Source of the DNA: Candidatus Daviesbacteria bacterium
Lineage (GTDB): Bacteria; Patescibacteriota; Microgenomatia; Daviesbacterales; UBA10151
Direction: 5' to 3'
Assembly: GCA_016195715.1 (NCBI GenBank)
Contig: JACPZA010000031.1
Location: 60,336-124,335 of the forward strand
DNA length: 64,000 nt
The notes beneath the pieces are model-generated. The model saw only the letters and a list, made by a program, of their open reading frames with translations. It made no database searches and had not been told where the DNA came from. The position numbers and the translations under genes are program-made. Within the stretch, counting starts at the first letter, position 1, and the number at the start of each line of letters is the position of its first letter. Below, piece by piece: positions 32,580 to 42,109 of the stretch.

Positions 32580-33080
32580 ATGGATAGATTACATAAAAAG
32601 ATAAATATAATAAATAATAAAGGCTTTACCTTGATTGAGTTAATGGTTGTAGTAGTAATAATTGCTATTTTAGCAATTGTGGGTATAACTGTTTATAGTG
32701 GCCAACAAGCCAGTGCCAGAGATAGTAGAAGGAGACAAGATATTGATTCTATTGGAAACGCATTAGAAGCTCATTTTAATCCAGTTGCTAATGCAAATTG
32801 TAGTAGTGGTGCTGCAGGAACTTATTGTTCCATTGATTCAAATTTACAAGCGACATGGTTTGCGGCGGGTAGTGTCCCAGTTGATCCGATTGGGAGCAAT
32901 GGGTATGTTTATACTTACACTCCTGCTGGTGCAGGAACTGTCCTTTATGCGGGTGCTTCTACTTATGTAGTTTGTGCAAAATTGGAAAATACAAATGGAA
33001 CTGGAAATTCAAGTAGCAATACTTCTATTAATACAGTTGGTCCACTACAATACTATTGTAGACAAAATCAACAAACTTAA
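32580..33080 (+). CDS. Type IV pilin
   Basis: KG|FTLIELM, CAKLE...YYC. Confidence 0.88.
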   Translation: MDRLHKKINIINNKGFTLIELMVVVVIIAILAIVGITVYSGQQASARDSRRRQDIDSIGNALEAHFNPVANANCSSGAAGTYCSIDSNLQATWFAAGSVPVDPIGSNGYVYTYTPAGAGTVLYAGASTYVVCAKLENTNGTGNSSSNTSINTVGPLQYYCRQNQQT

Positions 33081-33150
33081 TTTCCCTGATCCTCTCTTTT
33101 TTACTAATTTCACTTTATTTCTCATCAACTAATGTGATACATTAAATTTA

Positions 33151-33642
33151 ATGCTCAAATCTTTAGGATTTACACTTATTGAATTAATGGTAACTATTGC
33201 CATTATTGGAATTTTATCAGCTGTGGGGCTTACTGTTTTTTCTGGTACTCAAAAAAATGCTAGGGATGCAAAAAGAAAGGGAGATATTGATGAGATAACT
33301 AAAGCTATGGAGCTTCATTATGGCTATTTTAAACCTAATCTCTATGCTGGTCTTTGTCAGATAAATAAAGCTGGCGCTGCACCAGGGGATTTTGATTGTA
33401 CTCAGTGGTTTCCTACTGGCAATATACCCCAGGATCCTAATTCAGGACCTACAGTTGGTTATTGCGCCTTTTATGACACTTCTCCACCTCCACCGAACAC
33501 CACTTGTAATAATACAAATACAAATAGATATTTAAAATCAGGTCCTGGCCCAATACCAGCTATTGATCAAACTTACTGGGTAATTTGTGCCACCTTAGAA
33601 AACCCTTCAGGATTAACTTATTGCCGCTACAATCAACGTTAA
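33151..33642 (+). CDS. Type IV pilin
   Basis: LG|FTLIELM, CATLE...YC. Confidence 0.88.
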   Translation: MLKSLGFTLIELMVTIAIIGILSAVGLTVFSGTQKNARDAKRKGDIDEITKAMELHYGYFKPNLYAGLCQINKAGAAPGDFDCTQWFPTGNIPQDPNSGPTVGYCAFYDTSPPPPNTTCNNTNTNRYLKSGPGPIPAIDQTYWVICATLENPSGLTYCRYNQR

Positions 33643-33643
33643 T

Positions 33644-34099
33644 ATGAATATGGATTTTAAAAAAGGCTTTACGCTAATTGAAATTATGGTAGCTATTACT
33701 ATTATTGGAGTGGTTTTTGGGGTGATTATTACCTCAGCTGGGGCAATTCAGCGCAACTCCAGGGATACTAAAAGAAAATCTGATTTAAGTAATATTCAAG
33801 GAGCGCTAGAACAATATCATGCTGATGCTGGCTATTATCCATATAACCTACCTTCTTCAGGTTCTTTTAAAAGTGACGATGGTCAAAAAACTTATTTGCA
33901 AAATGTCCCAGTTGATCCCCAAACCTCCAATCCATATAAATATGATGGTTATACAAATGACGGATTGACTTTATGCGTAGGTCCTTCTGATTGTGTAAAC
34001 TACTGCTTATATGCTGATCTTGAAAATACTCCCACCCAGGATCCAAGTACTACCTGTACCCCACCGGCAGGTTACAACTATTATGTAACTCAGCCTTAA
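33644..34099 (+). CDS. Type IV pilin (GspG-like)
   Basis: KG|FTLIEIM, ALEQY...YP, VPVDP. Confidence 0.85.
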   Translation: MNMDFKKGFTLIEIMVAITIIGVVFGVIITSAGAIQRNSRDTKRKSDLSNIQGALEQYHADAGYYPYNLPSSGSFKSDDGQKTYLQNVPVDPQTSNPYKYDGYTNDGLTLCVGPSDCVNYCLYADLENTPTQDPSTTCTPPAGYNYYVTQP

Positions 34100-34133
34100 A
34101 ATTACTTCTTTTACTAGTGACTAGCAAGCTAAA

Positions 34134-34727
34134 ATGTGTTACGTTAAAGTAATGTTTAGGCTTTTTTGCCCAAGCTTAAAAACAGCCTCTTTGGGTTTTA
34201 CTCTGGTTGAAATAATAGTAGCTATAGCTATTTTATCTCTTGCAGCTGTTGTAGCTATACCCGGTTTTAATAAATTTAACCAAGATCAAGTCTTAAGCTT
34301 AGCAACTGGTGAATTAATTACTACTTTGCGCCAAGCCGAAGGTAATGCCCAATCTGGAGTCAAATGTGGCGATAATAATGGTAGTCCCTCAATTAACTGG
34401 TATATCTCTTTCTCAAGTTTTAATGACTACTATGAACTTAAGGCAACCTGCCAAACTGATCCTATTCTAACAATTTATTCTAAAAAAAAAGTCACTCCAG
34501 ACTCCATAACTGTTTCAACTATTTGTAGTGATGGTTCAACTCCTACAACTGGGGATTTTATAACTTTTAATAGCACAACTTATCCTAGTTCCCCGCCAGT
34601 TTATCCTTGTGTTGCTCCTGCAATTTTTATGATTAAGTTGACCTCACTAAAATCCAATAAATCTGATTATGTTCGAGTTGATCAAGGCGGAGCAATTTAT
34701 GAAACACAATCCACTCCAGGTTCTTAA
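34134..34727 (+). CDS. Minor pilin (FimT/FimU-like)
   Basis: LG|FTLVEII, LRQA...AQSG. Confidence 0.75.
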   Translation: MCYVKVMFRLFCPSLKTASLGFTLVEIIVAIAILSLAAVVAIPGFNKFNQDQVLSLATGELITTLRQAEGNAQSGVKCGDNNGSPSINWYISFSSFNDYYELKATCQTDPILTIYSKKKVTPDSITVSTICSDGSTPTTGDFITFNSTTYPSSPPVYPCVAPAIFMIKLTSLKSNKSDYVRVDQGGAIYETQSTPGS

Positions 34728-35229
34728 ATTAGAATCTGGTCAATCATTACTAGAAATAACTGTTGCTTTATCTGTGGCAGCAATTGCTATTGGCGCTTTA
34801 ACTATTACTACTTTAATTGGCTTAAAAAATAGCCAGTTTTCTCAAAATCAAGTTCTAGCCACTAAATATGGCCAAGAAGAGCTAGAAATTATTCGATCGA
34901 TGCGAGATCGCAACATTTGTGTACAATCTGGATCGGTGAAGTATTTTTGGAATGATAGTGATCTGACTCTCCAACCAACCCTTTGGGGGAGTGATTTTGG
35001 TAGTCAAACTTTTTATTTAGTTAGCAATCCTCCTGATGGGGTGTGTCAGCTGACTGACGTAGCTCCTGGTACTGGAACTGGGGAACTAGCTTTAGCTAAT
35101 AAATTTAAACGAACAGCTTCAATTATTAATATATCTGCTGATCAAAAAAAATTCACAGTTAAAGTAGCTTGGAGTGATTCATCTGGAACTCATCAATCAA
35201 ATTTAGAAACGATACTCTCAAATTATTAA
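34669..35229 (+). CDS. Minor pilin (PilV-like)
   Basis: SG|QSLLEI, C-terminal VKVAW. Confidence 0.72.
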   Translation: MFELIKAEQFMKHNPLQVLKLESGQSLLEITVALSVAAIAIGALTITTLIGLKNSQFSQNQVLATKYGQEELEIIRSMRDRNICVQSGSVKYFWNDSDLTLQPTLWGSDFGSQTFYLVSNPPDGVCQLTDVAPGTGTGELALANKFKRTASIINISADQKKFTVKVAWSDSSGTHQSNLETILSNY

Positions 35230-35238
35230 TTACAAATT

Positions 35239-35850
35239 ATGAATTATAAATTAAAAAATACAGGTTTTACACTGATTGAAGCTTTAATTGCAGTGACTAT
35301 TTTTGCAGTGATTGGTATTGTGGCTGCAGATTTACTAAATAGAAGTTTTCAAGGTAATAATAAAGCTACTTTGGTTTCAAAACTTAAACAAAATGGTCAA
35401 TCAGCACTAAATATTATGGGAGAAACAATTAGAAGTTCTGATGCAGTAATTTGCACTGGAACTTATCCTGACGATCCAGCTTATTCAAATGATACTATCG
35501 TAATTGTTAAAAATGGGGTTTATACTAGATTTAGGTTCTATTTGCAAAAAGCCTTAAGTGCTAATAATGGTTACATCGCTCAGGATTTAATTACCCTAAC
35601 TGGTCAAGACAGTCAAGTTTTATGTAGCGCAACACAAATACCAATGAGTACTAACCAGTCCTATTTAACTGATACTGATATTAATAATGGAATTTCAATT
35701 AAAAGTGGTGTGTTTGATTATGTAAAAAAAGATGGGGTTAAAGATTTAGTAACTATCAAATTCAGTATCTCTCAAGGGGTTAATGCAATTAAAGGAGTTG
35801 ATACCCAAACTAATGATGTTTCTTTTGAAACAACAGTCACACTAAGATGA
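35239..35850 (+). CDS. Minor pilin (PilW-like)
   Basis: TG|FTLIEAL, ends FETTVTLR. Confidence 0.75.
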   Translation: MNYKLKNTGFTLIEALIAVTIFAVIGIVAADLLNRSFQGNNKATLVSKLKQNGQSALNIMGETIRSSDAVICTGTYPDDPAYSNDTIVIVKNGVYTRFRFYLQKALSANNGYIAQDLITLTGQDSQVLCSATQIPMSTNQSYLTDTDINNGISIKSGVFDYVKKDGVKDLVTIKFSISQGVNAIKGVDTQTNDVSFETTVTLR

Positions 35851-36734
35851 AAAACCAAACAGGCCAAGTAATAATAATACTGCTGCTCATAATATTAGTT
35901 GCTTTAACCATTGGAGTAGCAATTGTTCAAAACTCACTTTCTGATGTTTCAACTTCTACTAAAACTGAACAATCATCCCGAGCTTTTTCCGCTGCTGAAG
36001 CTGGAATTGAGCAAGCACTAATTACTAATACTTCTGGACCTGTTAGTTTGGATAATAGTTCAACAGCTGATATTAATGTACTTTTAGATTTACCAGCTAA
36101 TGCCTCTACTGCTTTGGAATATCCCCCAATAACTAAAGCAGATTTTGCCCAATTTTGGCTAGCAGATCCAACTACTCAAGCAACTTTTTTTAATGGCAGC
36201 AGTTTTCAAGTTTATTTTGGCAATTGTTCACAAAATCCTTGCGAAGCAGTTTCTGATAAGCCAGCAATTGAAGTGGATACAGTTATCAAAGATTCACTCA
36301 CTGGCAATTATCGTTGGGACAAACAGTATTTTGATTCAGATGGCTCAAGAACTAATACTAATAACTTTCAAAAAATTAATGGTGCAGGATGTGATAACAA
36401 TATGGGTGGAGGAAGCACCATTAATGCCAATACCACTAACTCTCCAACCAGTCAATTTTATTGTTATGTTAATGTTTTATACTCAAGCGTCTCAACAGAT
36501 ATTCCTATTTTGGTAAGAGTGAGAATTCTTTACTCTTCAACAGCTCAAAAAATTGCTTTGATGCCTATACCTGGCAATAATGGTAAGGGTTTGCCTGCCC
36601 AAGCTACAACTTATACCTCAGTTGGTAAATCTGGAGAATCTATTAGACAGGTTAAAATCTTTAAAGAGCAAAACGTAGTTCCTTATTTTTTTGATTTTGC
36701 CATATTTTCAACAGCACCTATCACCAAACAATGA
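35847..36734 (+). CDS. PilX-like minor pilin (no E5)
   Basis: QTG|QVIII, RAFSAAEAGIEQAL. Confidence 0.78.
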   Translation: MKNQTGQVIIILLLIILVALTIGVAIVQNSLSDVSTSTKTEQSSRAFSAAEAGIEQALITNTSGPVSLDNSSTADINVLLDLPANASTALEYPPITKADFAQFWLADPTTQATFFNGSSFQVYFGNCSQNPCEAVSDKPAIEVDTVIKDSLTGNYRWDKQYFDSDGSRTNTNNFQKINGAGCDNNMGGGSTINANTTNSPTSQFYCYVNVLYSSVSTDIPILVRVRILYSSTAQKIALMPIPGNNGKGLPAQATTYTSVGKSGESIRQVKIFKEQNVVPYFFDFAIFSTAPITKQ

Positions 36735-37156
36735 GTAACTTTAAAAGATATTTAAGGGAAAAAGGTTTTTCAATAATTGAAATCTTGCTCGTTGTAATGA
36801 TTGTTGGATTTATTACTTCTTTAGTCTTACTTCTACCCTCTTCAATTGGTTTGGTTGGAGATAGTAAAAGTACCGCACTTGCTAAAGACATTGCTAGCCG
36901 ACAAATGGAGTCGTTAAGGGCAAAGGGTTATGATAATTTGCTTGGACTTCGGGGTCCAGCTACTAATATTTCTGATTCTAGAGTAAGCCAACTTCAAAGC
37001 GGCAGTGCCACTTTTACTATCTCAGATTGCCCAATAGATATTTGCACTAATAATGAGCAAATTGTTAAAGCAATAGTGGCTGTTAACTGGAAAGAGAAAA
37101 ATCAAACCAAAACTGTTAGTTTATCTACTTTGATTGCAAAAGGAGGTCTGCAGTGA
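36731..37156 (+). CDS. Minor pilin (second PilV-like)
   Basis: KG|FSIIEIL, VAVNW. Confidence 0.72.
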   Translation: MSNFKRYLREKGFSIIEILLVVMIVGFITSLVLLLPSSIGLVGDSKSTALAKDIASRQMESLRAKGYDNLLGLRGPATNISDSRVSQLQSGSATFTISDCPIDICTNNEQIVKAIVAVNWKEKNQTKTVSLSTLIAKGGLQ

Positions 37157-37728
37157 GAAAATCTCTGGGTTTTTCATTATTTGAAGTAATTTTAGTAATT
37201 GGTTTAGGAGCTGTGGTGGGGAGTTTAATTTTAAGATTATTGACAGTTAATAGCGGGGTTTATAACGATCAGATTGCCCAGGTTAATCAAGGTTTAGGAT
37301 TAAATAGTAGCATTTCTCAAATTGAATCAGATCTTAAACCAGCCGCCGGAGTTGTGACAAGCTATACCAATGGTTCAAATACATATTCCAGCTCTTTAAA
37401 CTCTTTGGTTTTAAAACTTGCTTCGCTAGATAGCCAAGGAAAAGTTTTGGCTAATACTTTTGACTATATAGTAATCGTTGCTGATTCCTCTAATCCTAAA
37501 ATATTAAGACGAAGAATTTTTGCCGATCCTTCAAGTTCCCGTAAAAATGCCAATCAGGTACTACTGACTAATTTGTCTTTAATTAATTTTTTTTATTACG
37601 ATCAAAATGATTTAATTGTTTCCCCATCAACTGCAGTGAAAGTAAATTTTGTGCTAAATACTGCCAGTAATATTGGTAAATCTTCAATAAGTAGTGCTAG
37701 TAGTGCTGTTAACTTGCGTAATCAATAG
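37153..37728 (+). CDS. Minor pilin (second PilW-like)
   Basis: LG|FSLFEVI, ends VNLRN. Confidence 0.72.
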   Translation: MRKSLGFSLFEVILVIGLGAVVGSLILRLLTVNSGVYNDQIAQVNQGLGLNSSISQIESDLKPAAGVVTSYTNGSNTYSSSLNSLVLKLASLDSQGKVLANTFDYIVIVADSSNPKILRRRIFADPSSSRKNANQVLLTNLSLINFFYYDQNDLIVSPSTAVKVNFVLNTASNIGKSSISSASSAVNLRNQ

Positions 37729-37745
37729 CTTAAAATAAAAACAAA

Positions 37746-39575
37746 ATGAAAAAACTATTAAACCAAAAAGGACAAATGTTTATTTTAGGGACAATTGTCT
37801 TAACTTTAGTAATGATTAATACTATCCTGATTATTAGTAATGCCTTAACTTTTAGCCAAAGCTCCAAATATACAGTAAATAGTTTAAAAGCCTCAAATCT
37901 AGCAGAAGCAGGCCTTGATAAAGCAATCGCCTCTTTAAATAAAGGTGGCTCTTATACTGATGATGGGAGTGTGGAACACACTTTTGGTGATGGGACTTAT
38001 ACAATTTCCATTGGCACAAACGCAGATGGTAGTAAAAATATTACTGCTGTAGGCTATATTCCAAATAAAGCCTCGGCTAAATCAAAAAGAACTATATCTG
38101 TTACCTTAGGAAAAGGAGCTGGTTTTTCTTTTGCATATGCACTCCAAGCTGGTTCAGGGGGTTTAATATTAAATAATAATGCGACAGTAAATGGTCCGGT
38201 TTACTCAAATTACAATGTTTCAATGGGTAACGGAGCAGCAATTAATGGAGATACTTACGTGGCTGGAGGTACTCAACCGACAGCTGAGGAGCAAACTGAA
38301 TGTTTGCCTACTCCCCCTTCTTCAAACTGTAAAGAATTTTTTCAAGGCTCTTTAATCAGTAACCAAAGACAGCTTGATTCTGCTCAAAGCTTTAAGACGA
38401 ATATCCCTCCTCCTAGTGATAATGTTTTAAGCAAAATTTCCCTGAAATTAAAAAAAGTCGGAAATCCAAGTTCTGATATACCAGTTAAGTTAACCACAGA
38501 TAAAAATGGCAAACCAGATAAAAATGGTGTTCTAACAACTGGCGTGATTTATAATAGCTTGGTTACTTCCTCATATAGCTGGGTTGACGTCGAATTTGCT
38601 AGCCGTCCGGTTTTAAGTGATCAGACTACTTATTGGATTGTGATCGATACATCAAGCTATGATCCAAATAATTACTGGGCCTGGTCAGCTAATAAAGATG
38701 GGACTGGCTATACTCGGGGTAAGTCTTATTGGTCACCAGATTGGAGCGTTTCAAATCCGGTCTGGAATGACGTAGGGACTGACCTGGATTTTAAAACTTT
38801 TATGGGTGGAGTCCCTACTTCAATTACTGGAGGAAATATCAATAATGGCGACGCTCACGCAAATACAATTAATAACACTGAGATTTCCTCTGGTACTGCT
38901 TATTATCAAGCCCAACAAGGTATTACGGTTAGAGGAAGTAGCTGCACTAATAATCAATATTGTATACCTGTAACCTCTGATCCACCGGCTAAAGTAATGC
39001 CAATTTCTGATGCTAATATTCAGGATTGGAAAACCCAGGCAGCCATACCCTCTCATAGCGGATTTTCCAATTGTCCGAGTCCGGCAGTACTAGGCCCAGG
39101 CAAATATATAGGAGATGTAACAATAAAATGTAATGTTACAGTAAATGATCCTATTTGGATTACTGGAAATTTAACTATTAATAACAATGCCACTATACAG
39201 TTAAATCCTGCTTATGGTGCATCTTCGGGGATGATTATTGTTGATGGAAAAATTGCTGTTAGTAATGGTGCTACTATTACAGGATCAGGTGTTTCAGGAA
39301 GTTATATAACCACTTTAACTACTTATTCTTCGGTAGATAGCAGTGATTATGCCATTGATTTGTCTAATAATTCATCGACAGATATATTATATGCCGGAGA
39401 TGGAACAATTCATTTTAACAATCTGGGAGGTACTGCAAAAGAGATTACCGCTAAAACTGTGGTATTAGATCCGAATGCGGTTGTTAGTTATCAGACTGGT
39501 TTATCATCTGTAGTTTTTTCCTCAGGCCCGTCTGGGTCTTATAATATCATCAAAGGTACCTATCAAAATAAGTGA
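37746..39575 (+). CDS. Large PilX-like protein with C-terminal beta-rich adhesin-like region
   Basis: QKG|QMFIL, ASNLAEAGLDKAI; 609 aa, N/G/T-rich repeats. Confidence 0.72.
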   Translation: MKKLLNQKGQMFILGTIVLTLVMINTILIISNALTFSQSSKYTVNSLKASNLAEAGLDKAIASLNKGGSYTDDGSVEHTFGDGTYTISIGTNADGSKNITAVGYIPNKASAKSKRTISVTLGKGAGFSFAYALQAGSGGLILNNNATVNGPVYSNYNVSMGNGAAINGDTYVAGGTQPTAEEQTECLPTPPSSNCKEFFQGSLISNQRQLDSAQSFKTNIPPPSDNVLSKISLKLKKVGNPSSDIPVKLTTDKNGKPDKNGVLTTGVIYNSLVTSSYSWVDVEFASRPVLSDQTTYWIVIDTSSYDPNNYWAWSANKDGTGYTRGKSYWSPDWSVSNPVWNDVGTDLDFKTFMGGVPTSITGGNINNGDAHANTINNTEISSGTAYYQAQQGITVRGSSCTNNQYCIPVTSDPPAKVMPISDANIQDWKTQAAIPSHSGFSNCPSPAVLGPGKYIGDVTIKCNVTVNDPIWITGNLTINNNATIQLNPAYGASSGMIIVDGKIAVSNGATITGSGVSGSYITTLTTYSSVDSSDYAIDLSNNSSTDILYAGDGTIHFNNLGGTAKEITAKTVVLDPNAVVSYQTGLSSVVFSSGPSGSYNIIKGTYQNK

Positions 39576-39663
39576 AGAGCTAGTTGCTAGAATCTTGAAT
39601 CTAGTTATACAATCAATTAGGAGTTATGAATTTAAAATTAAGAATTAAGCATCTAAAACAGAA

Positions 39664-39737
39664 GAAAGGTGGTGATAGTCAATTTGGCTGTAGAAATAGT
39701 TAAACAGATAAAGATTGTCCAAATTGACTAAAGTCCC
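39664..39737 (+). promoter_or_regulatory. pilM leader: SD-like GAAAGGTGGTGA followed by a 12-bp stem-loop
   Basis: TAGTCAATTTGG (39676-87) pairs with CCAAATTGACTA (39719-30); the TTG start lies 7 nt after the stem. Confidence 0.55.
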
Positions 39738-40778
39738 TTGGCTGCTCAAATAAAAATTGGTTTAGATATTGGTTTAGCATTAATTAAAGTTGTTGTTTTA
39801 TCAACCAAAGATACACCGCGCCGACTTTTATCATTGGGTCAAATCGCCTCTCCTCAACCAGGAATTATTTCAGATTCAGATCTAGATTTAGAGTCGGTTG
39901 CAAATGCTATAAAAAATTTAATGACAGAGATTAAAGCTCCAGAAAAACAAGTCATTGTGGCTTTACCTGAATCAAAAATCTTCACTAGAGTAATTTATGA
40001 CCTGCCTTTTTTGACAAATGAAGAGTTAGCTCAAGCAATTAAATATGCCGCCGAAGAGTTTGTACCTATGCCAATTACCCAGGTGAATCTAAACTATCAA
40101 GTTATTTTTAGAAGTAAAGAAAAAGGCCCCAAAAGTCGAACAGTAGTTTTTGTAGTAGCTTCACCTAAAAACATGGTTAATAAATATTTAAAAGTTTTGA
40201 GCATGGCAGACTTAAAACCTATTGCCATAGAAACTGAGTTGATTGCTTCGGCAAGAGCTTTGGTTGGTAGTAATCCTTTTTCACCAACGACTTTAATTGT
40301 TCAATTTGGGGCAACTACCACGGATTTTGCCGTCGTATCGGAAGGATTGATATTGCTAACTCGTTCTATTTCCACTGGGGCTGTTGCATTGACTCGAGCA
40401 ATTGCTCAAGCTTTTAATTTTGAACTAATTCAAGCTGAGGAATACAAAAAAGTCTATGGAATATTGGAAGATCAGCTGGAGGGAAAGTTATTCCAAGTTT
40501 TAAAACCAATTGTGGATGTAATTTTGTCTGAAACTAGAAGAGTGATTCAAGCCCATGAGACTCAAAATCCCCAAAGAGCCGTCAAGCGAGTTGTTTTAAC
40601 CGGTGGTGGCGCCAAATTACCTGGTTTAGTAGTTTATTTAGCTAATTCGCTAGGTTTAGAAGTTCAAGAAGCAGACCCTTGGGAGGGTTTGAGTAAAGAC
40701 CCAGCCTTAAAAAATAAACTTGTTGCTGATGCGCCGGTGTATTCTGTAGCCGTTGGGTTAGCGTTAAGGGAAGATTAA
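39738..40778 (+). CDS. pilM: Type IV pilus assembly protein PilM
   Basis: IGLDIG, VVLTGGGAKLPGL, VAVGLALR (actin-like fold). Confidence 0.92.
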   Translation: MAAQIKIGLDIGLALIKVVVLSTKDTPRRLLSLGQIASPQPGIISDSDLDLESVANAIKNLMTEIKAPEKQVIVALPESKIFTRVIYDLPFLTNEELAQAIKYAAEEFVPMPITQVNLNYQVIFRSKEKGPKSRTVVFVVASPKNMVNKYLKVLSMADLKPIAIETELIASARALVGSNPFSPTTLIVQFGATTTDFAVVSEGLILLTRSISTGAVALTRAIAQAFNFELIQAEEYKKVYGILEDQLEGKLFQVLKPIVDVILSETRRVIQAHETQNPQRAVKRVVLTGGGAKLPGLVVYLANSLGLEVQEADPWEGLSKDPALKNKLVADAPVYSVAVGLALRED

Positions 40779-40779
40779 A

Positions 40780-41319
40780 ATGAATAAAATTTCTATTAAT
40801 TTACTTCCAGCAGAGTTAGGCGTTGCTGAAAAAAAACAGTTCCGCAAAATTTGGATAATTCGAATTACTGTTGTGGTGATCGGAGTAATTAGCGCTCTAG
40901 CAGCTGTAGCTTTGGGGTTGGTAATTTTTAAAAATAATGAGCAATCTCAGGTAAATCTTCGATTAAAGCAAGCTGAGCAGCAAGTTGCATCTTTAAATGA
41001 ACAGGAAGGATATTTAACACTTCTTCGTCAAAGATTAGACAGCGTTATTACCTTACAACAAAAGGAAAATAAGCAAACTCAAGGATTAAGTTCTATTACT
41101 CAAATCGTTCCCGAAGAAGTTGCTATTAATTCTTTAGCAGTTGATCGCAACGGAACAATTCTTCTGAGTGGACTAAGCAACGGTGTAATTGGGTTAAACT
41201 CACTGGTTAACGCTTTGGGTGATAGCACAAAAAATAATTTTACCAAAACTAACATTGATAGCTTGTCTAAAGGGACAACAGATTCTTATAGATTTGATAT
41301 AAGTACCAAACTAAAATGA
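40780..41319 (+). CDS. pilN: PilN-like protein
   Basis: INLLP motif, TM and coiled coil; follows pilM. Confidence 0.8.
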   Translation: MNKISINLLPAELGVAEKKQFRKIWIIRITVVVIGVISALAAVALGLVIFKNNEQSQVNLRLKQAEQQVASLNEQEGYLTLLRQRLDSVITLQQKENKQTQGLSSITQIVPEEVAINSLAVDRNGTILLSGLSNGVIGLNSLVNALGDSTKNNFTKTNIDSLSKGTTDSYRFDISTKLK

Positions 41320-42023
41320 AGCTTAAATTACCTCAACTGCCTTCTGGTGCAGAAAGATATCAGCTATTAATTTGGCCATTAGTTGGGATAGGTATATCAA
41401 TTCTGTTGTTGGTACTGGTGATTATTCCTCAATTACTTCGGATTTGGGCAACTAATCAAAAAATTGAAACCACCAAAGATAAGATTACAACTTTAAATCA
41501 AAAATATGATCAACTGAAAAGAATTGATCTTAATGAATACAAACAAAACTTAAATGAAGCTTTAATTGCTCTGCCTTTGGATAAAGATATTCCATCAGGA
41601 ATTAGCCAGATTCAAACAGTAGCTTTAAATGATCAAATACAAATTAGTGGTCTGATTGTTGGTAGTGGTACTACTACAAGTAATCCGGCATCTTATCAGT
41701 TTAAAATAGAGGGGGTTGGCAGTTTAGATTCAGTTAAAAAATTTATTGCAGATATTCAAAAAGGTCCAAGGGTTATGAGTCTTGATTCAGTTGAGTTAAG
41801 CAGTGGCAATAAGGAAGGATCGGTTTATAGTGTTAATTTAGGTATCACGACTTATTCACAAGTTCAGGAAACTAAGCTTGGTCCACTTGATCAACCGGTT
41901 GTGAATTTAAATGATAAAGAAATAGCAGTTTTAACTGCAATCAAGCAAAGTACTCAGAATACTCAAATTATTTCTCAAAATGGTACGACTGGAGCTAAAG
42001 GTAAATCAGATCCGTTTCAGTAA
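41316..42023 (+). CDS. pilO: PilO-like protein
   Basis: TM, coiled coil, ALP...DIP, PRVMSL; follows pilN. Confidence 0.75.
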   Translation: MKLKLPQLPSGAERYQLLIWPLVGIGISILLLVLVIIPQLLRIWATNQKIETTKDKITTLNQKYDQLKRIDLNEYKQNLNEALIALPLDKDIPSGISQIQTVALNDQIQISGLIVGSGTTTSNPASYQFKIEGVGSLDSVKKFIADIQKGPRVMSLDSVELSSGNKEGSVYSVNLGITTYSQVQETKLGPLDQPVVNLNDKEIAVLTAIKQSTQNTQIISQNGTTGAKGKSDPFQ

Positions 42024-42028
42024 AAATT

Positions 42029-42082
42029 TGGACAATTCTACCAAACTCTATCTGTTATTTTGTTACATTACCGAATTGTCCA
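42029..42082. terminator. Inverted repeat between convergent pilO and trmD (possible terminator)
   Basis: TGGACAATTC...GAATTGTCCA 10-bp arms with a long loop. Confidence 0.35.
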
Positions 42083-42109
42083 TTAGGAGCTTTATTTCGA
42101 TATTTATGA

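Noticed and set aside
29880-39575. Diversity-generating retroelement or shufflon acting on pilins
   Set aside because: No reverse transcriptase, template/variable repeat pair, inverted cassettes or adjacent invertase was found.
39714-42036. 12-bp inverted match (ATTGTCCAAATT/AATTTGGACAAT) flanking pilMNO as an invertible segment
   Set aside because: Short and AT-rich, so plausible by chance; each half belongs to a local hairpin and there is no recombinase nearby.
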